NCBI GenBank assembly: GCA_028534125.1
Contig: CM052839.1
Span: 10,292,001-10,356,000, forward strand
Direction: 5' to 3'
DNA from: Lama glama
Lineage: Eukaryota
Length of the DNA: 64,000 nt
The notes under the pieces were generated by a model. The model made no database searches. It saw only the letters and a program-made list of their open reading frames with translations, and had not been told where the DNA came from. The translations under genes were made by a program, and so were the position numbers. Position 1 is the stretch's first letter. The number at the start of each line of letters is the position of its first letter. This document shows positions 12,709 to 24,255 of this stretch, in pieces.

Positions 12709-12834
12709 GGGGAGGTTTAGCTCAGTGGTAGAGTGCATGCCTAGCCTGCACAAGGTCCCGGGTTCAATCCCTGGTACCTCAATTAAAAAATAAATAAATT
12801 ACCCCCCCCAAACAAAAACAAAAACAAACCAACA
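12709..12834 (+). mobile_element. tRNA-derived camelid (Vic-type) SINE inserted in an old L1
   Basis: A box TAGCTCAGTGGTAGAG, B box GGTTCAATCCC, A-rich tail, perfect 14-bp TSD AAAAGCAAAAACCT (12695-12708 and 12835-12848) at a TTT/AAAA L1-endonuclease site. Confidence 0.92.
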
Positions 12835-14855
12835 AAAAGCAAAAACCTTAGCAAGCTAAGAATGGAAAGGAAATTCCTTAAGCTAATAAAAGGTATATAA
12901 TCTTTTTTATTTATATTATATAAATATATTTCTATTTAGTGGTAAAATATTGAGTGTTTCCCCTCTGAGATTAGAAATAATACTTGCCATAAAAATGAAA
13001 AAAAAATTAAATATGCACCTTACATTAGCACCAAAAATATCAAATACCAAGGAATCAATGTAACAAAAGCTGTGTAGGACTTCACTGCAGGAAATGTACA
13101 AAGAGACATTTAGAAAGACCCAAATAAATGAAGCGATGTTCCGTGCAAGTTTGAAACTCAATATTTTTAAGATGTCAATTCTTACGAGATCAATTGATAG
13201 ATTCAATACAATCTTAGGGTTTTTTGTTTGTTTTGTTTTTTTGCGAAAAATTGGTAACTGGTCCTAAACTTTATCTGGAAAAGCAAATTGCAAAGAAACT
13301 TAAGACATTTTCAGAGATGGAGGATGGAAGGCTGACTCTACTCTTGATATTAAGAATTCTTATAAGTGATTAATTAAGACAAGGATAGACAAATAGGTCG
13401 ATGGAATAAAAAAGAGCCTAGAAATAGAATCATGTGTGTTTGGACAGATGACAGATGTGGCACCGCAGAGAAGGAAGCAAGGGCGGGCTTTTCAGCAAAC
13501 TGTGCTGAAACAACTGAATATTCATATGCGAAAATAAAGGACAGAAAAAGAAGCTTTTGGCGGTTACCACACGTACCATGCTCCAAACCAATTCCAGTTG
13601 GATTTAGAATATGTGAATATCTTAGGTGTTCAAAGTAAAACACTGAAACATCTGAAGGATAATATCTTCATAATCTTAGGGTGGGTAACTTTTAAATATC
13701 ACACACACACACACACACACTGCTAACCACAAAGGAAAGGTTAACTTGACCATCTTAAAAAATTAAGAACTTCTGCTCATAAAAAGTTACCATTAAGAAA
13801 ACGAATAAAAAGGCAACCCTAAGACTGAAAGACTATATTTGCTGCATAAGGTCAAAAAAGGGCTTCCACACAGAATATTAAAAAAAAAAAAACAAATACA
13901 AAAAAACTGTTTTACATCCATAAGAAAAGGCAGACAGTCTAACAGAAAAATGGGCGAGATTCTTGAACACGCTCTTAAACAGGTACGAAAGGTCTCCAAA
14001 TAGCCAATAAACATGAAAAAATGCTCAACCTCGTGAGAAATCACAGAAATGTGAATTAAAACTACAGTGCAAAGCCACTCATACCCATGAGAACTGTGGC
14101 TAAAATTTGAAAGGCTGACTTTTCCAAATAGGTGAGGACAGGGAGCAAATGGTTTATAAATTTATAAGGTATAAACTGATGCAACCACTTCTGGAAACTG
14201 GTGTTTCTGCTAAAATTGAGGATTTGCATTCCCTATAACTCAGCAATTCCATGTTTAACTCTATACTGAACAGGAATGCGCACACACAGGCACAAGCAGT
14301 CACGTAACGGGAACGTTCACAGCTCTGCCATTTGTAAGGGCCCCAACCGGAAGCAGCCGCCCGCGCACCAGCCACGACAGTGGGCGCACCGCTTGCAGCA
14401 TATCCATCGATTGAAACGCCACTCAGCAGCGAAACGGAAACAAAGCCCCAGCGACACGAGTCTCACAATGAAAACACGTTTAAAGCTGTCTGACGACATA
14501 CTGTTGAGTGAAAAAAGGCAGACACAGGGACAACAAAAGTGCATACTGTGTAATTCATTTATACAAAGTTTAAGAAATGGCTAAAACTAAAGTGCAGAGT
14601 TTAGATATGCAACAGTGTCTGAGATATATGTCTGTCTCCCATCACACATGCATACTTAAATGCACATCTCATGTGTATACGTAACACACACGCACAGGAT
14701 AGCCGTGGAAATCAGAATGGCTCCCTTCGCAGGGAGGGCTGGGCACTGCTTGGGCTTAGGCAGGAGTGGGGCTTCTCAGGTGCTAATGATGTTTTTTGTC
14801 CTGACCTGAGTGTTGGCTCCAGAGGTGTTTGGATATTGATTTGTGATAGAATTTT

Positions 14856-15017
14856 TTTAACATTTTTTTATTCAGTTATAGTCATTTTACTGTGTTGTGT
14901 CAAATTCCACTGTACAGCACAATTTTTCAGTTATACATGAACATACATATATTCATTGTCACTTTTTTTTTCGCTGTGAGCTACCAGAAGATCGTCTATC
15001 TATTTCGCTGTGCTTTG
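14856..15017 (-). mobile_element. 5'-truncated younger (camelid-type) L1 3' end inserted antisense into the old L1
   Basis: T-rich tail followed by TTCAGTTATAGTCATTTTAC...GCTGTGAGCTACC; 19-bp TSD TGATTTGTGAT(A/G)GAATTTT at 14837-14855 and 15018-15036. Confidence 0.8.
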
Positions 15018-15149
15018 TGATTTGTGATGGAATTTTGAGCTGTCCATCTTTTCTTTTTGCACATATTTTCCTGTGTGCTATACGTTTCACTGTTTAATTA
15101 AGTTTATAACACCTTCACTGCCTTGTCAAAGTCAAGGAAAAGAAATCAA

Positions 15150-15345
15150 CTTTATTGGGCCCCTGCACACGTTAGGTTCTGTGCCAGGCACTTGTGTTTT
15201 ATCTTAGTGACTTCTCATAACGACCCTGTAACAGCGATGTTATTCCCATTTTACAGCTTAAGAAACAGAGGTGCAGAGAGGTTACTCAATACCAAAGGCA
15301 CTCAGGCAGTGAGTTGTAGAGCTGGAAAGTAACTAGTATGTCTCA
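15150..15345 (-). mobile_element. MIR SINE
   Basis: TGTGCCAGGCAC...TTATTCCCATTTTACAG...GAAACAGAGGTGCAGAGAGGTTA. Confidence 0.75.
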
Positions 15346-15700
15346 CTCAACCACGTGACGTCAAAGAGTCTGCATCTTGAAAGGACTGATTGCAAAGGAG
15401 GCTGAGAACAGCGGTTCAGGGGAGAGCGCAGCGGGATTCCAGCCCCGTGCTTTGGAGGACTTCTCACCTCTTGTTAGCGACTCAGCAGTTTGGCCAGTGG
15501 GGGAGAGGCTGCGTTTCACAGCCCTTTAGTCCACACCCTGCAGCCTTCCTCTCTATCCACAGCCTCCCTGGGCTGCCCTTTGGTGAACTCTGTGTCAGGG
15601 TCGCCACTGATGTTCTGTGATGGCTCAGGTGTCACCCTTAGGATGTCTGCCTTCTTGTTAATTTTGACAGCCCCTCCTCTGGGAACTTCGAATTGTAAGC

Positions 15701-16170
15701 TGTGGGACTAGGGTGCATGGTTGCTCAACAGTTAACCATTTTGATAAAACTGTGTATGACAGCTTGTAGTAAGGATGCATTCAGGTCCTTTGACATCTGG
15801 GGCCTTGCTGACCATGGAGAGATCGCCCCTCCCAGGACTGGCCAGTTCCCAGAGGCAGCAAACAGCTCACCTGGGGATACCTTTCACATGCAGACTAACC
15901 AATCAGGAGCCCATTCTCTCCAAACATCTCCTTTATGGAGTTCTCACACCCCAGTCCACCGTCCACCTGCTCTAACCACGCCATGGGGGGACAGCCCCAA
16001 ACAGCTAGAACAGCCTCTGTGCCTAGAGCCCACTGAAACTGTTCAACCAGCCAACCCCAAGTCTGTCTGCCCCACCTCTCCAGTTCTTCCCTGCAGAGGC
16101 CACAGTGAAGGCTCTTTGCCCTTTCTGCCTCCCGACTGATCCTGGTGCCTCCCCATGTGGCCCTGTGTGC
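15701..16170 (+). mobile_element. ERV LTR, MER74-like
   Basis: GACATCTGGGGCCTTGCTGACCATGGAGAGATCGCCCCTCCCAGG...ATGCAGACTAACCAATC resembles the recalled consensus. Confidence 0.65.
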
Positions 16171-18124
16171 AATCACCCCGGGGACGCAGGCACCGACATT
16201 GGGGTTCAGGGTTGTTTCAGGGAGAAGACAGAGACCAGGAGCCAGCTACTCGGGGACTCGGGGTGTCCAGTTCACACGAATGCAACCACATTTATAACCA
16301 CAGGTTGGGACGCCTGGGGACAGAAGCAAGGACTTGCGGTGACCCTGGCAATTCTCCCTTTCAAGTTCTTGTCAGACGTGTGAGCCAGGAAAACAAAGGC
16401 AGCCCCAGTGCTTGAGACCTCTTGAATTTCCATCTCCTTCCACCCCCAGGACACTTTCTAAGTTTGCTCTCCGTAAGAAAAATGAGGTGCCTCACAGCCT
16501 GCGCTGGCCCATAATTCATTTGCACACAAGTGGCTTATCTCTTGGATCTGAATGACAGCGGGGCGCCCTGTTTGAGCTGCGGGAATGTGGGATGCTCTCC
16601 TGGACCGCATGGACGGTGGGTGGCACGGGATGCGGGAAGAGGGGGCATCTCCACGGCCATGTTGGCCAGTCTGGAGCCAGTTAATGTAAAATGAAAACAG
16701 CTTTGTTGGCTGCTGGATAGACAGCTCCTCACCCCTCGATTTTTCTGGAAAAATGGTGTCGGGCAGGTGTTGCTGAACAAAGGGTATTACTGCTGCTAAA
16801 CCAACAGAGCAAAGACGGTTGACTCTGGTCACGTCCCCTCAACCCCACCAGCCCCCCTAATGCCAAGCCTCACCCGCCAAACACCTTCCCCTCGAGGCCA
16901 AAGTCCCCCTTCCTCCTGCCCCGCCCGGGTAGACAGGACTTGCTAAGACTCTGGTGTCTCCTTCTCTAAGTCAGGGAGCGGGCTGCTTGCCTAAGCTGGT
17001 GCCTGTCTGGCACATGCCGTCAAAACAGTCCTGGTTTCTGGTTTAGCGGTGCTGTCTGCGCACAGCTATTTAACAGGCAAAAACTCAGCTGCAGAAACTG
17101 GAGCACACAAACAAACTACCTTCACGTTCTTAACTCTGTGACGAGGTGGTTTTTCTGGCTAGGAACACGTCTCCTTCCCAGCCCCGATGGCTTTTAAAAT
17201 GGTATTGTGACAACAACAACAACAAATCCAAAAGAAAGTAGAAATTGAAAAGAAAATTCACCCAGAATTGTACCACAGAGACACAGCCCCTTTGTTTTTA
17301 TTTTCCAGCCTTCTTTCCACCCTGCATTCATAAAGCATGGCATTTATATAGTCATAATCATAGTGGAGATGGTTTTATTCTGCCATTTTCACTTAATAGT
17401 GTACCATTTCTTTCAAGTTATTATACAGTTTTCCTAATTATGATTTTAACGACCACATAATATCCCATGGAGTTGATGTTCTGTAATCCACTTAACATCT
17501 CCTTAACAAAATTGAGTCATTCTTCAAGCTACATCTCTAGTTCCGTATTTTGGGGAGGCCATACCTGGATACCCCAAGCCTCAGAGAGTGTCTCTTCCTC
17601 TGAACACAAGAGCATTCTCTCTGTTTGCCATTTAAACTCAGATTTGGTTCCCAAGTCCATCATGTTTATTCATTGCCTGCAAAATCACCCTCATGCCTCC
17701 CCTGTAAAAAGACAAACAGAAGGTGAGGTCCCTTTTCTAGTGCATAACCCCATAGTGCACCCAGAATCAGGGAGGGGAAGACAAAACTTTGTCTATAAAA
17801 TAACTCGGTTTTCATCTCAAACTCCCATCCCCATAGATGGTAGAAAATGTGACCTTCCTGATTCAGCGCTGCTCTTAGGATGATGGGAGAATGGGAGACC
17901 TACGGAGCTGCCGATGCTTTTGCCTTTGAATCTCAGCCCGCACTGTGGGCTAAAAGCTATTGCAAATAGTTCTCCCACCAAGACCCAACAGTGGGAAATC
18001 TCTCAAGCATAGAAAGAGATGTAGACAATGGGCAGCCAAAACTAATGGCATTATTCATTACATTTCTAAAGATTAGAATGATTTGGGAGAGAATCCTTCA
18101 GATGGTTCTGGCCAGTATACATGT

Positions 18125-18177
18125 CATTCCATTCCATTCAATTTAATTCAACTCAATTCAACTCAATTCAATTCCAT
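18125..18177. repeat. Imperfect (ATTCC/ATTCA/ACTCA)n pentamer repeat
   Basis: CATTCCATTCCATTCAATTTAATTCAACTCAATTCAACTCAATTCAATTCCAT. Confidence 0.85.
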
Positions 18178-18194
18178 ATAACTGAGTCATCTTT

Positions 18195-18445
18195 GAGCAA
18201 GGGATTTAGAGTCAGAGATACTTGAATTCCAATCCCATGTTTGCCAGCCCCTAGTTGTGGAATCCAAAACACTGCCACTTAATCTGCATGTTTGTCAGTT
18301 TATTCATTCATAGACTAGAGATGGGAACATCCACTTCAACCAAGTATGATGCAGCCCAAACAAATGTGTCAAAGCATCTAAGTACAGCACTTAGCACAGT
18401 GACTGGGAAATGGTGCGTTCTCAATAAATAATACTAACTAGTGAT
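18195..18445 (+). mobile_element. MIR SINE
   Basis: TTTAGAGTCAGAG...AAAGCATC...AGCACTTAGCACAGTGACTGG...CTCAATAAATA. Confidence 0.65.
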
Positions 18446-19991
18446 AATAATAATGTTATCATGAACAAGAGCAATCATAGGTGGGGAAATGGTGGACGTA
18501 CGATGTGGGCTTCCAAAGGACAGCCTGGAGTCTGTCCAATCTCTTCAACAAGCTTCCCTCCGGAAGATGATCCCAGCCTCGGAGAGCTGTGATTTACAAG
18601 ACCTCACAGCCCAGCAGAATCTGGCTTTTCCCATCAACAGATTCAAGACAGGAATAAACATTGTAGTTAAGAAAAATGAGGGATCGAAAGACAAAACATT
18701 ATCTATAAAATGAATTGGTTTTCATCTCAAACTCCCATCCCCACTGATGGTAGAAAACGTAATCTTACTGATTCAAGGCAATTCATTCACTGCTGTTTAA
18801 AATTTAATCTCACTGATATAAATGCTCGCTTAATGTTAGGGTCATCGCTCATCCCTCCTCATCATTCCAGACACGAGGGTGATTTCATTTGAGAGGATGG
18901 AGGGGATGGAGATCAGGGTGTGTACCCGCCTGGAGTGAGCAGAGGCCCACTGTAGGGGTGACTGAGGTGCGGCTGGCATTCCCAAGTCCTGGACGTCTGT
19001 CCCTGACCCTCCAGGACTCACCGCAGTAGCTGCTGGGTGGTTACCATGCCTCTGCAAGGACTGTTCTGCTGTGCAGACTCTTCTGGAGCTAGGATGCTTT
19101 GAAACGTCTGCTTTCTCTCCTACAGCTCAGTTTTGGGCAGGATTTAGCTCTTCTCCAAATTCCTCTTTGTTATCTCTTGTTTATAAAATTTGCCCCCTTT
19201 CTCCAGGTTTTACTTCTTGACCTTTTAACTAATCTTTCTAGAATTCAAAACATCTGTTTTTCTTCTCAAGCACTCAGTTTTGAAATAAGGAGACATGATA
19301 CCCAAGCTTACTATATCTGCTGTAGATTAATTCGAAGTTCCAAAGCCCTGGATTTGACTCCTTTGCTCACGTCGCACCATCGGTACCCTATGCGCATTGG
19401 ATGTGGAAAGCTTATTCATCAATGATGAAGGGAAAGGTAGAGGGTAAGAGAAATCAGACTAAATCACACATGTTAATATCAAAATATTACCCCCTGCAAA
19501 TAAAATTACTTCTGCTCACACCTTCTGCCTTTAGCCCAGAGCCAGTCCAGGGCATGGCCTGGAAACGGCCCCTTGGCATCCCCACATACTGTGTGTATGT
19601 TTCACTCAGAAAGCCAGGGACCAGGTGAGAGTCATAGAGTGTCTCAGGTGGAATCTGGGACGTGCACGGGACGGGGAGAGCTACGGAAGTTGGCTGCTTC
19701 TGCTGTGCTGCTTCTGAGCTTGGACGATGGGCTGGGAGTGCCGATGATGGGAAAACAAAAGCCCTCCTTACCCCGATAGGGCAGGAAGAAGTGGATGAGG
19801 ATTAGGGGATCTCTGCTGCCTTGGCTAACAGTAGGCCTGCTGCCTGCTATGTCTGGCAAGAGGCTGGGGGATAGAGTCTGCCAGGCTCAGAACAGATTAT
19901 CAAGTGAGGGATGGCCTTGGACTCCAAATGCAAACTTCTCTTCCAGCTTCCCTTGTTGAACATAAGAGAGTCTGCTGCAGATACAGTGCCC

Positions 19992-20410
19992 TGTGTTAGT
20001 CGAGTTCTCCAGAGAATCAAAATCCATAGGAAACTATTTTTTAAGATTTATGATAAGGAATTACAAAAATAATCACATTTATGGATGTAGACAAGTCCGA
20101 AATCTGCAGAGCCAATGTCCCAGTTCAAGTCCAAAGGCCATCGGACTGCTGTAGGACCAAGAAGAGCAGATGATCCAGTTTAGAAGTGTCGAGTGGGAGA
20201 ATTCTCCCTCACTCGGGGAGGGGTCAGCCTTTGTTCTGTGTGGACTTTCAGCTGATTGGGTGAGGCCCACCCACGTTACGGAGGACAGTCTGCTTTATTC
20301 AGTCTACTTATTTCAATGTTCATTTCATCCCAAAACACCCTCACAGAGACACCCAGAATAAAGTTTGACCAAATAGCTGGTCAAGTTAACACACTGAAGT
20401 AACCATCACA
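19992..20410 (-). mobile_element. MLT2-type ERVL LTR
   Basis: TGTGTTAGTCGAGTTCTCCAGAGAA...CTGATTGGGTGAGGCCCACCCAC...AACCATCACA. Confidence 0.88.
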
Positions 20411-22224
20411 GGTCCATTCTCCCCAACACCGGGAGCCTCCTATGATTCTCAGTGACCCCTAACATTTAGGCTCACACCTTCCCTCTAAGTCAGGGGAATG
20501 GCTGTGTGCAGTCACTGTACCATTGGTGCCTCTATCTGTCAGCTCTGCCCTCCCTAAGTAGCGCCTCACTCTCCGCACCGCCAAACTCCCCTCCATCCCT
20601 CTTCCATCACCAAGTCTTCTGGAAACCAGTGCACAAAAGGGTCCCCTGCAGCTGGAAAAGCCCTTGGAAAGGAGCATCTCCGAGGCTCTGTGGTAGAGTC
20701 AGGATTTGAGGACAGAGGTCCTGACTCCAAGTCCAGTGTCCTTTCTGCTATGTCCGCCTATTGCTCCCAAGATTTAAATCTAGCGCATTTCCCCAGCCCC
20801 AAGAGCCACAAAGACAAAAGCCATCAGCTGGACCCTCTGCTGGAGGCCCTGCAGCCACGGTGCTTACAGCCTTAGAACGAGGAATTAGCGGTTGTGCTGC
20901 GAGCAATTACCGCAGCTTGGAAACATCAGCTCAGATAAAATTAGATTTGACCTGAGAGATTGTTCCAAACACCAACTCAACTGCCTTTGATGTTCTGAGT
21001 CCCATCAAATTGGACATAGTTCCCTCTTCCTGGCTTTAAAGTTAGTCTCTTCATCAGAGAAATGAAAAAGACCTGTTTTTTTGTTAAAATCTTTAAAGCG
21101 CCTTCCCTGGAGGCGCTGTAGCAGGCTGGCAGACGGGGCATCTGCTAGTTGTATCAAATACCACAGCATCTGAGGCCGGGATATTAGCCGACTTATCACT
21201 TTGAAAGGTACCTCCCAGAGCCAGAGAGTGTTGAAAAGGACAATGGTGGCCCCTTAGAGGTGGAGAGACGGAGGGCCGGAGAAGTCACGTGACCTGCCCG
21301 AGGTCCGGATGCCAGAGCCAAGACCTCATCCCAGGTCTCCAGTCCTCCGATGTCCTCTTCTTTTATGCTTTCCTAACGACTTCTCATAGCAGGGGCAGGG
21401 TTTGACTGAGAGCGTTCAAAACTGAGGGGAGAGAGGAGTTACTAATTAGCACGGACAGGATTTGAACCCTGAAACTTTAGTTGCAGAATCCGTTGCCTTT
21501 TCTTACTGGAATAAATAAGGGAAGCATGCAAGGGAGGGAGGCAGGTTAGGAGGAGCGCAGGGAGGCAGGGAGACAGGAAGGAAAGAGAAAGAAATTCCCT
21601 GAGAACAGGGACACGTCTGTCCCATTGGTTGCTTTCGCCCCAGCAGCCGCTCCGTATTTGACAGGTGGTACGTGCTCTGTAAGTATGTGAAGAAGGTGAG
21701 AGGAAGGAAGGAAGGAAGGCAAGGGAAGAAAGAAGGAAGAGAAGGAAATAAATAAGCTATTCCCTGAAGTCACTGTTGCTCTGAGGTCATGGGTTTTGTA
21801 ATTGCTACTCTGGGCTAAGATTGTTTTCCTTTACCTTCTGGTTTTTTTGAGTTTGGGGTTTCTTTGGCTTCATTTTCATTTGGGGTTTTTGTCATGTTTT
21901 GTTTTGTCCCAGTGAAAGAGACTGGGGTTGTCAGAAGTCTAGCTTCTGGATGAGTGAAGCATTATGATTTTCGTTGAGTCATTTTTGTTGAGTCATTTCC
22001 CAAGCTCGCATCCTAAGAGCTGGGGTTAGAACTGAGGAGGACACCGAGTCCCATTCCAACCCTCTTCCCTCCTGTGTCTGCTCATTCTTCCTGCTGCTTG
22101 CAGGGTGTCTCTCTCTCTCTCTCTCTGCCAGGTGAAATCTACCTGGGCTGTAGATCATTCGCTTTGGGTCCAGATTTTCAATTAGCAGATCTGACTAAAA
22201 GACCCCAGCTGGTGTCATTCACTC

Positions 22225-23150
22225 ACTCGCACATGCATTCCTGCATTTATTCATCCACTCAGTTTTCCAAAGAATCTTTACGTGTGCCACACACTTTGAT
22301 AGGTGATTCTGAAGCAAATGGGACTCAACCCCCGACCTTGAGCACCCACAGTGCATGCAGGAGGCAGACACATATACAGCGAGTGGCATGACTAAAGCAC
22401 CAGGGAGGCAGAAACTGACTTCTCTGGTGGGTATGGGAACAAAGGCTTCACAGGAAACATGGCATTAGAGCAGAGTATTTGATGAGTACATTCTTTTTCG
22501 AACATGTGGGGCCAGGTGAGGAGAAATCACTCCAGGCAGAGGTTGAAACCTAATTAATTAGAATAAAATCCAGAGTTCTCAGCATGCCTATAAGTCACCG
22601 TGATGTGGTGCCTGCGCCCTCGTCCAGGCCTGTCTTCGATCACGTTTACCCTTCCTTGGTCCATGCCAGACACACGAGCCTTCCTTCAGCAACAAGAATC
22701 CCTGAAACTTGTTTCCACCACAGGACATTTGCACTTCCTGTTCTCTCTGGTTAAGTGGTTCCCCACCTTCTTCCTGTGGCTGCCTCCTCGTGGGCATTTA
22801 AGTCTCAGCCACAGTGCTTCATAGGGGAGGGATCCTACTAGAATCCCAGTTCACAGACCAGGAACATGCTGTAATGGTCAAGTAACTTACCCAAGGTCAC
22901 CCCGACCAACGTGTAAAGTTGCCAGGACTTGAACCTGGGCCGTTGTAGCCTAGAGACCCAGCTTACACTGCCTCTCCGCACTGCCTCTCTCACCATCCAG
23001 GCTGATCTCATTCATGCATTTACATGTTTCAGACGCCTCGCTCTAGAATAAATGGCCCATGAGAGCAGGGCCCTGTCTGTCTTGGTCATGATTATATCAC
23101 CAGCGTCTAGCATACAGGATACACTCAGAAAATGTATTTTGAATGACTAA
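22225..23150. mobile_element. Cluster of L2 fragments in both orientations, with a MIR piece
   Basis: CATTCACTCACTC...TGTGCCACACACT (minus strand); CAGGACATTTGCACTTCCTGTTC and CCATGAGAGCAGGGCCCTGTCTGTCTTG (plus strand). Confidence 0.6.
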
Positions 23151-24034
23151 ATGGCCATGAGCTTGGCAGGGAGTGTGTAAAGAAAGAAGCCTAGAGGCGC
23201 ACTACTCCTGGATAAAGAAATATTCAGGATGTTTGTTTAACTGTGACCTCTGAGAACTATGTCCTGTTTTCATTCTTTCACTCAAAGCCATGACCGAATT
23301 GTCGGAAATACAGGACAAGGAGGAGCAGGTCCAGTGGCCGGGTGGTGAGGAGTCGTGGGAAGCTGCAGGTGTTGGTGGGGAGGATCCTTGTGGTTCACAC
23401 CAAACTGCAGCTGGTGAATGACTGCCTACTTCTAACCTAGGCAGATAATGGGTGTCGCTTCATGGACGTCCTTTCCATAGAGTGGTGATCGCTGAACAGC
23501 AGGAAAATAACTTTCTAAAAGGTCCCCGTGGTGCCAGTAACCTACGAGTCCTCTCCAGCTGACCAAGCCGAGATGGCCAGAGCAGATGGCGTTAATGAGC
23601 CTGAAATGACTCAGGCTATTTCTGCAGTCTGCTGCCTGCCAGACGCTCACTGCCGGCCGCAGGTCACTGATCTCTTCCCAGCGAAGTGCCAGGTTGCTCA
23701 GTGGGCGACGTCGGCTCCTGGGGTGGGCTTCCCAAGATGGCGGTGGCTCCCGCCCAGTGGTCGCCGCTCTGGTCCGGAGCCACTCGGGCGTGGCCCAGAC
23801 TTGCTGTGCCCCTAACGCGGGGAGCCTGGACTTGCACTTTGGGATCCTGATTCGTAGGATGGTCTTCCAGCTGCTCACCACACCCTCTTTTTCCCTAGCC
23901 TCTGAAAGGAAGCCATGTGGGCCAGTGGTTTACAGTTCTAGCTTCCTAGCAAGCTAACCGTCACTGCTTCAGTGGACTAAGTGTTGGTGGTTTGGGTTTA
24001 GAAAGTGACAGTGTGGCTTAACTCTATAAAATTG

Positions 24035-24255
24035 TAACCACCACATACTGGTTACTTCTTCTGTGACAGAGACTTTCCTAAGCCCTTTACAGACACCCCC
24101 TCACTGAACTTCAGAACAACTCTCTGTTATAGAAATTTTACTATTCCCCTTGCACAAACGACAAACTGAGGGGCAGAGAAGTTAATTATTCAAGGTCTTA
24201 TAGACAGCAAGTGTCAAATTACAAAGTCAGAGTTCTTAATACCTTAACTATGCGC
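24035..24255 (-). mobile_element. MIR SINE
   Basis: CTAAGCCCTTTACA...AAACTGAGGGGCAGAGAAGTTAA. Confidence 0.65.

Larger units (their letters stand above)
11815..15095 (+). mobile_element. Old degenerate L1 (L1M/L1ME-like): ORF2 relics and 3' UTR
   Basis: A-rich + strand with L1 ORF2-type segments (GAAGAAATAGAAAATCTGAATAG; TTTCCCCTCTGAGATTAGAAATAA; CAGCAATTCC) and an L1ME-like 3' end; no intact ORF. Confidence 0.85.
17778..18775 (+). repeat. Pair of 88-bp direct repeats (17778-17865 and 18688-18775)
   Basis: Manual ungapped alignment, 77/88 identical. Confidence 0.93.

Noticed and set aside
12709-12781. tRNA-like sequences here and at about 37532, 53735 and 58527
   Set aside because: They have A-rich tails, TSDs in three of four cases and diverge from one another, so they are SINE copies rather than tRNA genes
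17778-18775. Direct repeats read as the LTR pair of a mini-retroelement or as a CRISPR-like array
   Set aside because: Only two copies, no TG...CA ends, PBS, PPT or TSD; the interior contains a MIR and the context is eukaryotic
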